A DNA stretch of 64,000 nucleotides from Tubiluchus corallicola (lineage: Eukaryota; Animalia; Priapulida). Where the stretch lies: the NCBI GenBank assembly GCA_030141605.1, contig JAQGDQ010000620.1:10853-74852 (forward strand), in the 5' to 3' direction. Shown in pieces: positions 48,462 through 60,355 of the stretch. The position numbers and the translations under genes are program-made. Numbering within the stretch: position 1 is the first letter of the stretch; each line of letters begins with the position of its first letter. The notes below the pieces were generated by a model, which was given only the letters and a program-made list of their open reading frames with translations, did no database searches and was not told the DNA's origin.

Positions 48462-48849
48462 TAGGGGTGAGCATCGAACGTTCGAATTCGATTTGAACGA
48501 GTTTTTTCAGTTTAAACTCGACTCGGATCCAAAACTATAGATTCAAATAATTCAGCACTTCATTCACACATGTTCCTGATCACTAAAACGATTGAAACAT
48601 CATGCAATTAGCGTAATTTAACTGTGATTTCTGCGCACAACTTAAAACAAATTACTAGTCGTTTTATTGCAGAACAAAATCTAGTGATATTCATGATTTT
48701 TGTAAGACTAATTTTTACTGGTAGTTCGAAAACTTGTTCGAAAATCGTTCAATCTCAATTCGAATTCGAAACACTGAAGTTCGGTTCGATGAAAGTCACA
48801 AATTCGGTTTGATTCGAATTCGCTTTCTGCTAGAGAACGCTCACCCCTA
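48462..48849. mobile_element. hAT-like MITE
   Basis: TIRs TAGGGGTGAGC / GCTCACCCCTA; 8-bp flanks ctgaacag / ctaatcag (6 of 8 match); subterminal TTCGA motifs. Confidence 0.75.
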
Positions 48850-48969
48850 CTAATCAGTCGCGTTTCGACTAGCAAGTAACTTGCAAGCCTGTTCAGTTTA
48901 GCGTCAGAGAGTTTGCAATTTTTTGCCGACCGTAACACGCAAACTGGTTCACACTTGCCTGTCTGTTGC

Positions 48970-49494
48970 CTAGTCTGAACGGGGGCCATTACGATGAGCA
49001 AACTCGCTAGTTTGAACGGGCCATTATGATGAGCAAACTCACTAGTTTGAACGGGCCATTACGATGAGCAAACTCGCTAGTCTGAACGGGCCATTACGAT
49101 GAGAAAACTCGCTAGTCTGAACGGACCATTACGATGAGAAAACTCGCTAGTTTGAACGGGCCATTACGATGAGCAAACTCGCTAGTCTGAACGGACCATT
49201 ACGATGAGCAAACTCGCTAGTGTGAACGGGCCATTATGATGAGCAAACGTGCTAGTCTGAACGGACCATTAGGATGAGAAAACTCGCTAGTTTGAACGGG
49301 CCATTATGATGAGCAAACGTGCTAGTCTGAACGGACCATTACGATGAGCAAACTCGCTAGTGTGAACGGACCATTATGATGAGCAAACTCGCTAGTGTGA
49401 ACGGACCATTATGATGAGCAAACTCGCTAGTCTGAATGGGCCATTACGATGAGCAAACTTGCTAGTCTGAACGGGCCATTACGATGAGCAAACT
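48970..49494. repeat. 35-bp minisatellite, about 15 copies
   Basis: Unit gctagtctgaacgggccattacgatgagcaaactc. Confidence 0.95.
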
Positions 49495-50968
49495 GTTCTC
49501 GACACTTTGCAGCACAAGACGTTTAAAATTCTGGAGTTTTTGAAAAAAAAACGAAATTTGTTGGGTGATGAAAAAGTGGAGTTATTCGACGTGCTATTAT
49601 CTTTTGCTCATTTTTGCTTTATATTTATTCTTATTTTTTAAATGTGACTCATTCTGTTTTTCATTAAATATTTTTCTTTAAGACTTGTATTTTCTTACGT
49701 GACACCCGAATCCCGCCTTGCCTTTTGTCGTTATGTCCCGGGGGCCATTTTTGTGTATACCTAGTAATATATCTTTGTGATTGTGTGGATGCAGTGTATG
49801 TTTAGTCGAACTTTTGAAAAGTTCAAAGATATCGCAATTATTTCAACTGCAGTGCGTAGTACAATAAGGTATTTGTTTTTCTAACATTACAAAAGGTAGA
49901 TGAAACTGATGAAATCTAACTTGACCTTTGACCTATGAACAGTGAATTGAGCATTCAGAATTAAAATACTATGGTAACTCTAAAATTTTTTTACTGGTTT
50001 TTGTAATTGGTGGTACCTGCTGAACGTACGTAGTAGGGGGATTAAGGAAAATAAAAGGTCTCGAGGTGCTATGAGTTAAAGAAAAGCAGTATACACAATT
50101 TTGCATGATCTGTAGGATTAGGATTCTACAGTGCGTTCAGATATGATGTGATGACGGAAGACCAAGTTCATCAGAGAAGCAATATTGACTAAACTCTACG
50201 GTTCGTGAAGCTTCTCAGTGCAAACGTTTTGTCTTTTACGGACAAAAGTTGGTTACCGTCTATGAAAAGCCAGTGTGTTTGTCGTTAATAACAATGTAAA
50301 TATCTTGCTTTTCTATTCATTCGATTTTATTCAACGACAGCCATAAGCTCATCAATTTTGGATAAATGCATTCATTGTAAAAACAGAAACTCTAGTTTCC
50401 GCTGGTGGCAAAAAAACTGATCATACCTGCCGCATATCCTATTTACCTTGTATCTAAAAATAGTCTTTGCACATTTTGATGATTTTGTTGTGGATATGTA
50501 TGCAAAAACGATGTACTGAAGGTGAAATTTTTGATAAAGATATAGCCTTACATCCACATTATTTATCTAAAAATAGTCTCTTTATCTTACGTTGTAGTTT
50601 GCTTATCGGATTAAAAATTTTTATTTATACATGTACTTTCATTTTTGTCTTTAATCGTAGCAAGTTGCTACAATTTTGGTCCAGAATATTTATACTACAT
50701 TAATTACAGTAATTAAACATACACTGCATCCTTGCTGTTTGTTTTAACAGTGCTAGTGAATTGTGTTAAATAAGGAGACACTACTTGTAACTATGTAATT
50801 AAGGTCAACTTATAGTAATTTTGTAATTAAGAGAAAAACCTTTTAGTGTAAAGTTATTACAAATAATTATTATACATATTAAAGTTTAATGATGATGTCG
50901 AAATAGGCCAATAAACGCATGCTCAGTAAAATGTTTCTTGCTGTTGTTTGTGAATCTCCAATTGTTGT

Positions 50969-52566
50969 AATTTCAAACAAATACAAGAAGATGCATTGAC
51001 GATTCATACAAGAAGATCCATTGACGATTTCAAACAAGTACAAGAAGATGCATTGACGATTTCAAACAAGTACAAGAAGATGCATTGACAATTTCAGACA
51101 AGTACAAGAAGATGCATTGACAATTTCAGACAAGTACAAGAAGATGCATCGACAATTTCAAACAAGTACAAGAAGATGTATTGACAATTTCAAACAAGTA
51201 CAAGAAGATGCATTGACAATTTCAAACAAATACAAGAAGATGCATTGACAATTTCAAACAAATACAAGAAGATCCATTGACAATTTCAAACAAGTACAAG
51301 AAGGTGCATTGACAATTTCAAAGAAATACAAGAAGATCCATTGACAATTTCAGACAAATACAAGAAGATGCATTGTCAGTTTCAGACAAGTACAAGAAGA
51401 TGCATTGGCAATTTCAAACAAATACAAGAAGATGCATTGACAATTTCAAACAAATACAAGAAGATGCATTCAATTTCAGACAAATACAAGAAGATGCATT
51501 GACGATTTCAAACAAATACAAGATGCATTGACAATTTCAAACAAATACAAGAAGATGCATTGACAATTTTAAACAAATACAAGAAGATGCATTGACAATT
51601 TCAGACAAGTACAAGAAGATGCATTGACGATTTCAAACAAATACAAGAAGATGCATTGACAATTTCAAACAAATACAAGAAGATGCATTGATGATTTCAG
51701 ACAAATACAAGAAGATCCGTTGATTTCAAACAAGTACAAAAAGATGCATTGACAATTTCAGACAAGTACAAGAAGATCCATTGACAATTTCAAACAAATA
51801 CAAGAAGATGCATTGACGATTCATACAAGAAGATCGATTGACAATTTCAAACAAATACAAGCAGATCCATTGACGATATCGAACAAATACAAGAAGATGC
51901 ATTGACAATTTCAGACAAGTACAAGAAGATCCATTGACAATTTCAAACAAATACAAGAAGATGCATTGAAGATTCATACAAGAAGATCGATTGACAATTT
52001 CAAACAAGTACAAGAAGATCCATTGACAATTTCAAACAAATACAAGAAGATGCATTGAAGATTCATACAAGAAGATCCATTGACAATTTCAAACAAATAC
52101 AAGAAGATACATTGACGATATCAAACAAATACAAGAAGATGCATTGACAATTTCAGACAAGTACAAGAAGATCCATTGACAATTTCAAACAAATACAAGA
52201 AGATGCATTGATGATTCATACAAGAAGATCGATTGACAATTTCAAACAAGTACAAGAAGATCCATTGACAATTTCAAACAAATACAAGAAGATGCATTGA
52301 CGATTTCAAACAAATACAAGATGCATTGACAATTTCAAACAAATACAAGAAGATGCATTGACAATTTTAAACAAATACAAGAAGATGCATTGACAATTTC
52401 AGACAAGTACAAGAAGATGCATTGACGATTTCAAACAAATACAAGAAGATGCATTGACAATTTCAAACAAATACAAGAAGATGCATTGATGATTTCAGAC
52501 AAATACAAGAAGATCCGTTGATTTCAAACAAGTACAAAAAGATGCATTGACAATTTCAAACAAATA
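50969..52566. repeat. 32-bp minisatellite, about 50 copies
   Basis: Unit aatttcaaacaaatacaagaagatgcattgac. Confidence 0.96.
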
Positions 52567-52917
52567 ACATATGAATACTTATCGGAAAATACATCCTTTT
52601 AATAAATAATTTCATTATTTACATTATAATTTAATGAATGTACAATTAATACATGCGAAATTAAAAACTATGTATGCATTTTACAATATTATACTACAAC
52701 GTAAAACTAACTTGTGTTTAGTACAGTCTCCCTTTGTTAAGCTTTTACTGTCAGCACAATACAATAGTATATAACTGGGAGTCTGTGGCAGACTGTAAAT
52801 ATTTACACAGAATGTGTCCTAAGAGTGAAATCAAATGATGTTTCTGTGGAAATAAAGCAACAAAAACTGACACGCTTTCTTTTGAGTCTGACAACAGAGG
52901 ATAAAATTGTTGATCAT

Positions 52918-53102
52918 TTATAAAAGATTTCATGTCTTGCTTGAGAAGCTAATTTAGCTTTTTCTTAAACTTTGGCAACTTGAAATTCTACTAAATTCCT
53001 AACGTTGTTTATAAAAGATTTCGTGTCTTGGTTGAGAAGCTAATTTAGCTTTTTCTTGTACTTTGGCAACTTGAAATTCTACTAAATTCCAAACATTGTT
53101 TC
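52918..53102. repeat. 91-bp tandem duplication
   Basis: taaaagatttc at 52921 and 53012. Confidence 0.9.
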
Positions 53103-53258
53103 TTTTACTTCCAATATTGGTCAATTTAACGAGAAACATCTGTGAATAAAACCTTTGGGAAAAAACGACAACGTCACGTCACGTATTTGCGTGCGTGAAA
53201 AGTGTACATCTGCCTGAATCATGTCAGAAAATTGTGTGAATAAAGTGAACATTGTAAT

Positions 53259-53338
53259 CAGGGGGGGCGAGGGGAGGCGTGCGCCCCCCTGTCAAAATTT
53301 TTGTGCCCCCCTGCTTGCCACATCTAGTTCCGCCCCTG
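53259..53338. mobile_element. Tiny hAT-like MITE inside a ~187-bp tandem duplication (second copy 53446-53517)
   Basis: CAGGGG...AGTTCCGCCCCTG with 8-bp flanks attgtaat / attgtcat. Confidence 0.7.
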
Positions 53339-53717
53339 ATTGTCATAATCCAATATAAACATTAAACGTCGTTTAGTATCCACAAGGTGGGAACAGTAAT
53401 GCTGTTCAACATACGTGGTAAATAAAACAGAAACATCATTGTAATCAGGGGCGGAACTGGGGGGGGGGCGAGGGGAGGCGTGCGCCCCCCTGTCAAAATT
53501 TTTGTGCCCCCCCTGCTTGTAATAATCCAATATAAACATTTAAACGTCGTTTAGTATCTACGAGGTAGGAACAGTAATGCTGTTCAACATACGTGGCAAA
53601 TAAAACAGAAACATCATTGAAAGTGGTCATCGTAGTTTTTCTAGTCTTTAGCCAATTTAATTCTCACTGCTGTACATCCTTTCAGAAAATTTTAACAATA
53701 TCTATCTACAACTTAAT

Positions 53718-55268
53718 TTAATAACCGTGAAAAATTTGCTCTTTTCCATCATTGTAAAAGATCGGCTTGCTTTCGAATGTCATGCGCTTCTGTTTGCACA
53801 GGTCGTCTATGTGAGCCATTTCGTTTTTCATGTTTTTCTTCCTGTCTTTCACTTTTCGGCTCAGCTCGGCGTGTAACTCTGAAGGCAAATATTGAGGACC
53901 CATTATCACCTGCGGTATATGTTTGTTTTTCGTTACCGGACCATTCGTAGGCTCGCATGCTTCGTAAACATGTATCTTGGCAGTGTAACATTCAGAATTT
54001 TTTGCCGGCTTTGTTTCGTCACATTCCTTTACGTGTTTGCTAACATCTTCTAGGCTTCTAGTTTTCGCAAGATTTTCATACGTGGGTACATGATTGTTCT
54101 TATTCTTGTTCATTTCTGAGCAATCGTCGTCCAATGTGGAAAGATTGACCATAGATTTTGCACAAGTACGTGCGCACGCACACATCTGCAGCTGATTTCT
54201 CTTTCCTGCTGTTTGGAGGTCCCAATCGGAGTGAGCTCGTGCCTCCTCGTATGCGGAGTCGCTTTCTTCATCACTTGAATCATCATTGCTAGTTGAGCAG
54301 CACTTCTCGCAGCATCGGCTCCAATCTTCATCCTCCTCTTCACTTGCGCTAGATTTCGGATCATTTAACAGTTTGGTCTGTTCTTGCCACGATTTCAAGT
54401 TTTCCAAAATGTTTCTGTACTTTAGTTCTAAATTCACCACTCTTTTCTGAAGATCCTGACCTTGTTCGTTTTGACTTTTTGGCGAGATGTTTGTACGTAC
54501 CGACTTCTTGCATATCTTCGCATCTTCATTTGAACCATTACGGGCGTGTATAAGTTCATTGAGTCTGTATTCTGTTGGGTAGTCGTGCACAAGACACTGC
54601 AGTCTTAGCTCTGGCAGCTGCATTTGTTCAAGAGCTCGTTGCCGGTTTTTATAATCTTCGGTATCCCACGCCCTGATTCTGTGCTGATGGTACGTTCTCT
54701 TGTGCCTTTTGTTAGCCACTTGCACATTATTTCTGTCATGCTGATGGATTTCTATCCTGTTATTTTGATTGGAAGACACCCCCTTGTGATCGACAGCTTC
54801 CACACGCTTTGATCTTTTATATGAAGAATGGCTGTCCGTTGCATAATCGGAAGTGCGTTCATCGTCGATGCCTGTTTCTTCTGCTTTTTCCGTTTTAAGG
54901 ACGTTGTTTGCAATCAGTTCGTTTGCTATGAAATTACTGCGCAGTTCCACCAAATGGCAGCAAGATTTGGACGGGTAAGTCGAATGCTGCAAAACTGTGT
55001 CATCCAAATTACAATCTAGTAGATTACCGATCGGTTGCGTATCGCATGCGCTAAATTTTGAATCTCCACCAACCAACAATGGAGTCGATTTAAACTTCAC
55101 GTCTCTCGTCGCGTTCTTGTATTTCGACCACTTGTTTCTTGATGGCCACTTCTGATGTTTGTAGAGCCGTTCACTCCGATCCAACACAGCAATTTCGTCT
55201 TTTGCAAATATCCCGTTGGCTATTTTGTGGTTTATCATGTTCTTGGTACAGTGGTCAGCGGAATACTC
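53718..55268 (-). CDS. Large low-complexity coding exon (516 aa); probable alternative terminal exon of the Patched-family gene
   Basis: Non-repetitive 1.5-kb open frame extends 10 codons upstream of the track's ATG to a phase-0 acceptor (ttttactaaaattctgtacag, 55269-55271), with an in-frame TAA just upstream. Confidence 0.7.
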   Translation of the reverse strand, partial: EYSADHCTKNMINHKIANGIFAKDEIAVLDRSERLYKHQKWPSRNKWSKYKNATRDVKFKSTPLLVGGDSKFSACDTQPIGNLLDCNLDDTVLQHSTYPSKSCCHLVELRSNFIANELIANNVLKTEKAEETGIDDERTSDYATDSHSSYKRSKRVEAVDHKGVSSNQNNRIEIHQHDRNNVQVANKRHKRTYHQHRIRAWDTEDYKNRQRALEQMQLPELRLQCLVHDYPTEYRLNELIHARNGSNEDAKICKKSVRTNISPKSQNEQGQDLQKRVVNLELKYRNILENLKSWQEQTKLLNDPKSSASEEEDEDWSRCCEKCCSTSNDDSSDEESDSAYEEARAHSDWDLQTAGKRNQLQMCACARTCAKSMVNLSTLDDDCSEMNKNKNNHVPTYENLAKTRSLEDVSKHVKECDETKPAKNSECYTAKIHVYEACEPTNGPVTKNKHIPQVIMGPQYLPSELHAELSRKVKDRKKNMKNEMAHIDDLCKQKRMTFESKPIFYNDGKEQIFHGY

Positions 55269-55475
55269 CTGTACAGAATTTTAGTAAAATCTTTAGTTGC
55301 CATGATACGAAACTATCAAACTGTCTTTATTTACAATTACAAAAAGGCGATATGGAACGCTAAACAATAATGTGGATTTGAAGAAATTTATTACAATTTT
55401 GCTGTCAGTTGCCGCTACCAGTATTCTTGTGCAACTCTTCTAATTCCAAGAGTCTCAAAGTAGAAAGGAATGAAT

Positions 55476-55955
55476 CTGCCACCAAGATCAACATGCATCC
55501 GTGAAGTTAAACATTAATTCTATGAGTTAGCATGCTGCCATCTGCTGGTAGTTTGAAAAGTCTGCCACCAAGATTAACACGCATCCGTGAAGATAAACAT
55601 TAATGCTATCAGTTAGCGTGCTGCCATCTGCTAGTAGTATGACAAATTAATTCTATGAGTTAGCATGCTGCCATCTGCTGGTAGTTTGAAAAGTCTGCCA
55701 CCAAGATTAACACGCATCCGTGAAGATAAACATTAATGCTATCAGTTAGCGTGCTGCCATCTGCTAGTAGTATGACAAATTAATACTATCAGTTAGTGTG
55801 CTGCCATCTGCTGGTAGTTTGAAAAGTCTGCCACCAAGATTAATATGCATCCGTGAAGTTAAACATTAATACTATCAGTTAGCATGCTGCCATCTGCTAG
55901 TAGTTAACATTAATACTATCAGTTAGTGTGCTGCCATCTGCTAGTAGTTTGACAA
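55476..55955. repeat. Compound tandem repeat carrying seven CTCF-like motifs
   Basis: tgctgccatctgct(g/a)g at 55533, 55619, 55666, 55752, 55799, 55885, 55929. Confidence 0.85.
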
Positions 55956-55985
55956 TCAACCAGTTTTACTTGCAAAAAAAACACA

Positions 55986-56378
55986 TTAAAATCTAGTGAA
56001 ATAATGATTAGTATCAGTCATGCATCCATCACCAACAGAATAGTTGTTCATTGAATCTGCAAGTATAGTGTTGTTGTTAGTCTCCTTTTTCACAATATCT
56101 GTTTTATCACTAGCGGGAAGATTAGTTTGCATGTAGTAACTGTTAGTGAAAGGTGCGTGAGATTTCACAGGCGAGGGTGGCATTCCACAAACCTCTATCC
56201 CGTTATGATCCGGTATGAAGTAAAGATTGTCTACTCCTAAGTCGTCCTTTCCCTTTGTCGGGTGAAGCATATCTTCAAGTTCATCTCTGGGATACGGAGG
56301 TGGCCCCACCCAACTGAGAAGCACTGGTAGATACAGTAGTCCGTGAAAAAGTCCAAACACCACTACAGAGAAGAACGT
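55986..56378 (-). CDS. Patched-family exon: last TM plus short tail (internal donor after 56193)
   Basis: TFFSVVVFGLFHGLLYLPVLLSWVGPPPY...HYFTRF*; CAG acceptor 56379-56381. Confidence 0.85.
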   Translation of the reverse strand, partial: TFFSVVVFGLFHGLLYLPVLLSWVGPPPYPRDELEDMLHPTKGKDDLGVDNLYFIPDHNGIEVCGMPPSPVKSHAPFTNSYYMQTNLPASDKTDIVKKETNNNTILADSMNNYSVGDGCMTDTNHYFTRF

Positions 56379-59300
56379 CTGCAACAATAAGATGAGTAAG
56401 TATTAGTTAAATCATTTCACAACTCTGTAACAGTTTAAGTGAAAATATTAAATTCAAAATTCGCTGTCTAAATTTTTGCACAGTTTAGAACTTTGAACAT
56501 TTTATTATTTTTTGAAGTCTGGATGACAAGTTTAGATGTGAATTATAGTGCATAGTAACATGTGACACTAAACTGTTCTTTGTTGTAAATCGGTACAGTA
56601 TTCGCTTCTCTGCTTTCCTAAAATTGATATTGTTCCAGTAGATAGCCTTACGGCCCGCCATCGGTGATGCGGGCAAGCGCTGTATAACGGACACTGCAGA
56701 AATTTAAAAAAAAGAAAGAACAAAACCAAAACTTAGAATTCAAAAGGGACGGCTGAGAACAACACAATAGAAAGAAAACAAAACCTGATGACAATACTTC
56801 AAACCTTACGGAATCCACGACACTCGGCAGGCAGAAAAGAGCAGTGCATTCCATGACAACCAGAAGACAACTGACGATGTCACGTGTTCGTTCTTTCCAC
56901 AGGAAACCACTGCTCAACCAATCGCAGGTAATGTTATGGGCTTCCTAGTTTGAAGTGGAGGTCATAACATTACCTGTAGGGCGGTTGGCCTGGTGCCTAT
57001 GAACAGAACTGTATAATGCACTTTCACCTGTTCAGCTCAATATTAAGATAATTGTTGTAAGTGTTGCTGTGAAGAATATTTCTGGCAGCAGTGTCGCCGT
57101 TAACGTTGCCTCTTCGTTAGTCTCTTGAAGGCATTTTGTCGACTTGTAAGCAGTTATGATGTTTGTCGCCATCTTTTTTAGGAACAGTCGTATGTATTCT
57201 ACTTTTGTGCAACTTACCTTGAAAAATTGTTGAAACGATATTGACTCTGATGTAGAAAGTAGAATGAAAGCAAGAAAAGTACTAAATCCTCCACAAAAGA
57301 CAGCAGGAGCCATATTCTTCAATGTGCCTTTCGCTCTTTCTGCAAAAATGTAAGCATTATCATATCATTATTACATACGTTTTGACTGTGTTCTTATTAA
57401 AATATATGCCAAAGAACATTGGTATGAAATTGTACCTTGTCTTGTCCCAGGTAAGACCATGAATTCGTGGCCAATGTGCACAGCATAATCAACTGCTAAA
57501 CCGACGCATAGAATAAGACAGATTGAAAGACCCATTTCCACTTTTAAACCCCAGTAATACATTGTGCCACCTATGTCAATCTGAAATGGAAAAATGAAAA
57601 CATGTACAACACAATAACAAGAAAAAGTGATGATACATTGTGCTGCCTATGTCAATCTGAAATGGAAAAATGAAAACATGTACAACACAATAACAAGAGA
57701 AAGTGATAATTCATTGTGCCACCTATGTCAATCTGAAATGGAAAAATGAAAACATGTACAACACAATAACAAGAGAAAGTGATTATACATTGTGCTGCCT
57801 ATGTCAATCTGAAATGGAAAAATGAAAACATGTACAACACAATAACAAGAGAAAGTGATTATACATTGTGCCGCCTATGTCAATCTGAAATGGAAAAATG
57901 AAAACATGTACAACACAATAACAAGAGAAAGTGATTATACATTGTGCTGCCTATGTCAATCTGAAATGGAAAAATGAAAACATGTACAACACAATAACAA
58001 GAGAAAGTGATTATACATTGTGCCACCTATGTCAATCTGAAATGGAAAAATGAAAACATGTACAACACAATAACAAGAGAAAGTGATTATACATTGTGCT
58101 GCCTATGTCAATCTGAAATGGAAAAATGAAAACATGTACAACACAATAACAAGAGAAAGTGATTATACATTGTGCCGCCTATGTCAATCTGAAATGGAAA
58201 AATGAAAACATGTACAACACAATAACAAGAGAAAGTGATTCTACATTGTGCCACCTATGTCAATCTGAAATGGAAAAATGAAAACATGTACAACACAATA
58301 ACAAGAAAAAGTGATGATACATTGTGCCACCTATGTCAATCTGAAATGGAAAAATGAAAACATTTTCAACACAATAACAAGAAAAAGTGATTATACATTG
58401 TGCCGCCTATGTCAATCTGAAATGGAAAAATAAAAACATGTACAACACAATAACAAGAGAAAGTGATTATAACAAGATAAAATGGTAGCCAGTACAATTC
58501 TGTGATTATTTTACAAATGTGTGCTTGCATAGCAAAATCGTCCGTAAGTCAGCAATTAAACTTCTCTAGTTATTCACATACCCCGAATCTGCATTTCATG
58601 AGGATTATTTTGATACCAAGTTCATCACTCTGTGTTATTTCTAAGCTGAGATAATCAATGTTGAAGTTGAGGTGCAGGCTGCTATGTTTCTATGAACTTT
58701 GCAAGAGCACACTGAAGTTATGTTTAAATCCAATAGATGACTCTTCGTGATAAAGATTTGGGCTTGGCAACTGGAAAACCCGAAGCAAAATGACAGCTAC
58801 CACGAGCTACAATCGGAGTTTGAAAATACTTTTCACAATTGCAGTACTAGTTTCTAGCCAGAGAAATGAGTAAGAAGTATGCAGTTTCTATGCAGAAAAG
58901 TGGGTAAAGGGTTATAAAATTAGATTTTTTGTATTTTTAAGAATTTTCTTGGCAATTTGATGCTGTAATATCAAATTGCAATATATTTAGCATTTGTTTT
59001 AATAAAAAAAAACAAAAAAATTGACATTAGACCAAATTTTTGTGCATTCTACTTTGAAGCGCCATAATGTAATTTTAACTATGCCAACTTATGAACGGTT
59101 TGGTTTGCAAGCAACACATATGAAAAAGAAATGCTAAACATTAGTAGATTCATACCATGGTAAGGAGCACACACGTCCACACAAGTAGACTGCATAAGAC
59201 ATCAGAGATCAACAGCATCGTCATTAAGAACACCATCGCCAATGCTAGTAAGAGATTTCTCAGCAGTTCCGGTCCAACTATCTGGTTTTGTTAAAAAGAA

Positions 59301-60318
59301 ACGTAAGATACTGGAATGTATGTTAATATAATATACATGTACTATAATAACATGAGATAATAATCTTTATTTTTACCTTGACATACATTACAAAATTGCA
59401 CAGTATGTAACAGGTGCTCTGAAAGAATGTTGTGAAGAAGGGGCAGCGAAAGACCAAGTGGTCACGTGGTCAGCTGATAACATTTATTAGTGGCACTTGT
59501 AGTTAAAAACAACACAACTTTATTAAAAACTTTTACATTAAAGAGTTCAAAGTTAGAATCATGCCAAACGTTTCGACAGGCTGCTGCTGTCATCATCAGT
59601 GGTAAATTTACAAACATACAATCAGTTTATATAGGCAGAGCCTATTATGGACTAATTAAGTAGTTAACAGAAGCTAAATTCATACTGGTCTGCTTAATCA
59701 ATTCCAATTTCACTTTTTGTAAACACATGATTAGTGCTTAAGTAACTGTCTCAGTTTCTTTACTGGTCTGCTTGTTCATTACCTATTTGGCTTCTGTTAA
59801 CTTGATTTCAACTTTTTAACGCAAAAATTTTAATAAAGTTGTTGTTTTCATGTGCCTGAAATGAATACCAGTGGCACTGTGTTATTAACTACATTAACTA
59901 AATAAGTCTCTAAATTCATAAAGTGCAGTATATTAATAAAACTTTTTTTGTTGTGGAAATTGAGATTACCATGGTGACTGGATTTGAGACTTAGGCATGA
60001 AGTCATAACAATTATAAGCTAATTTGAGGTATGTTATGTTTTGAAAGTTTTAAAAGACATTAACAAGATTATTTACATGTTTGTCAATGGTTATAACTTA
60101 GCGCACAGTATGTTTACCACATTTGATTAAAAAAATTCTTACAAGTTACAACACTCATTGTAGAGGCAGTCAATTTCAAAATGTTCGCCTAAAATACTAA
60201 GTAATCAATGGACTTGTTTTAGCAACGAAGTGATCAAAAACACATCAAAAGCAATAGCAATAACAAGTCAGGCTTTCACTGAGTTAGCGATTTCTGCAGT
60301 CGCTAACATAGAAAGAGA

Positions 60319-60355
<37 letters not shown>

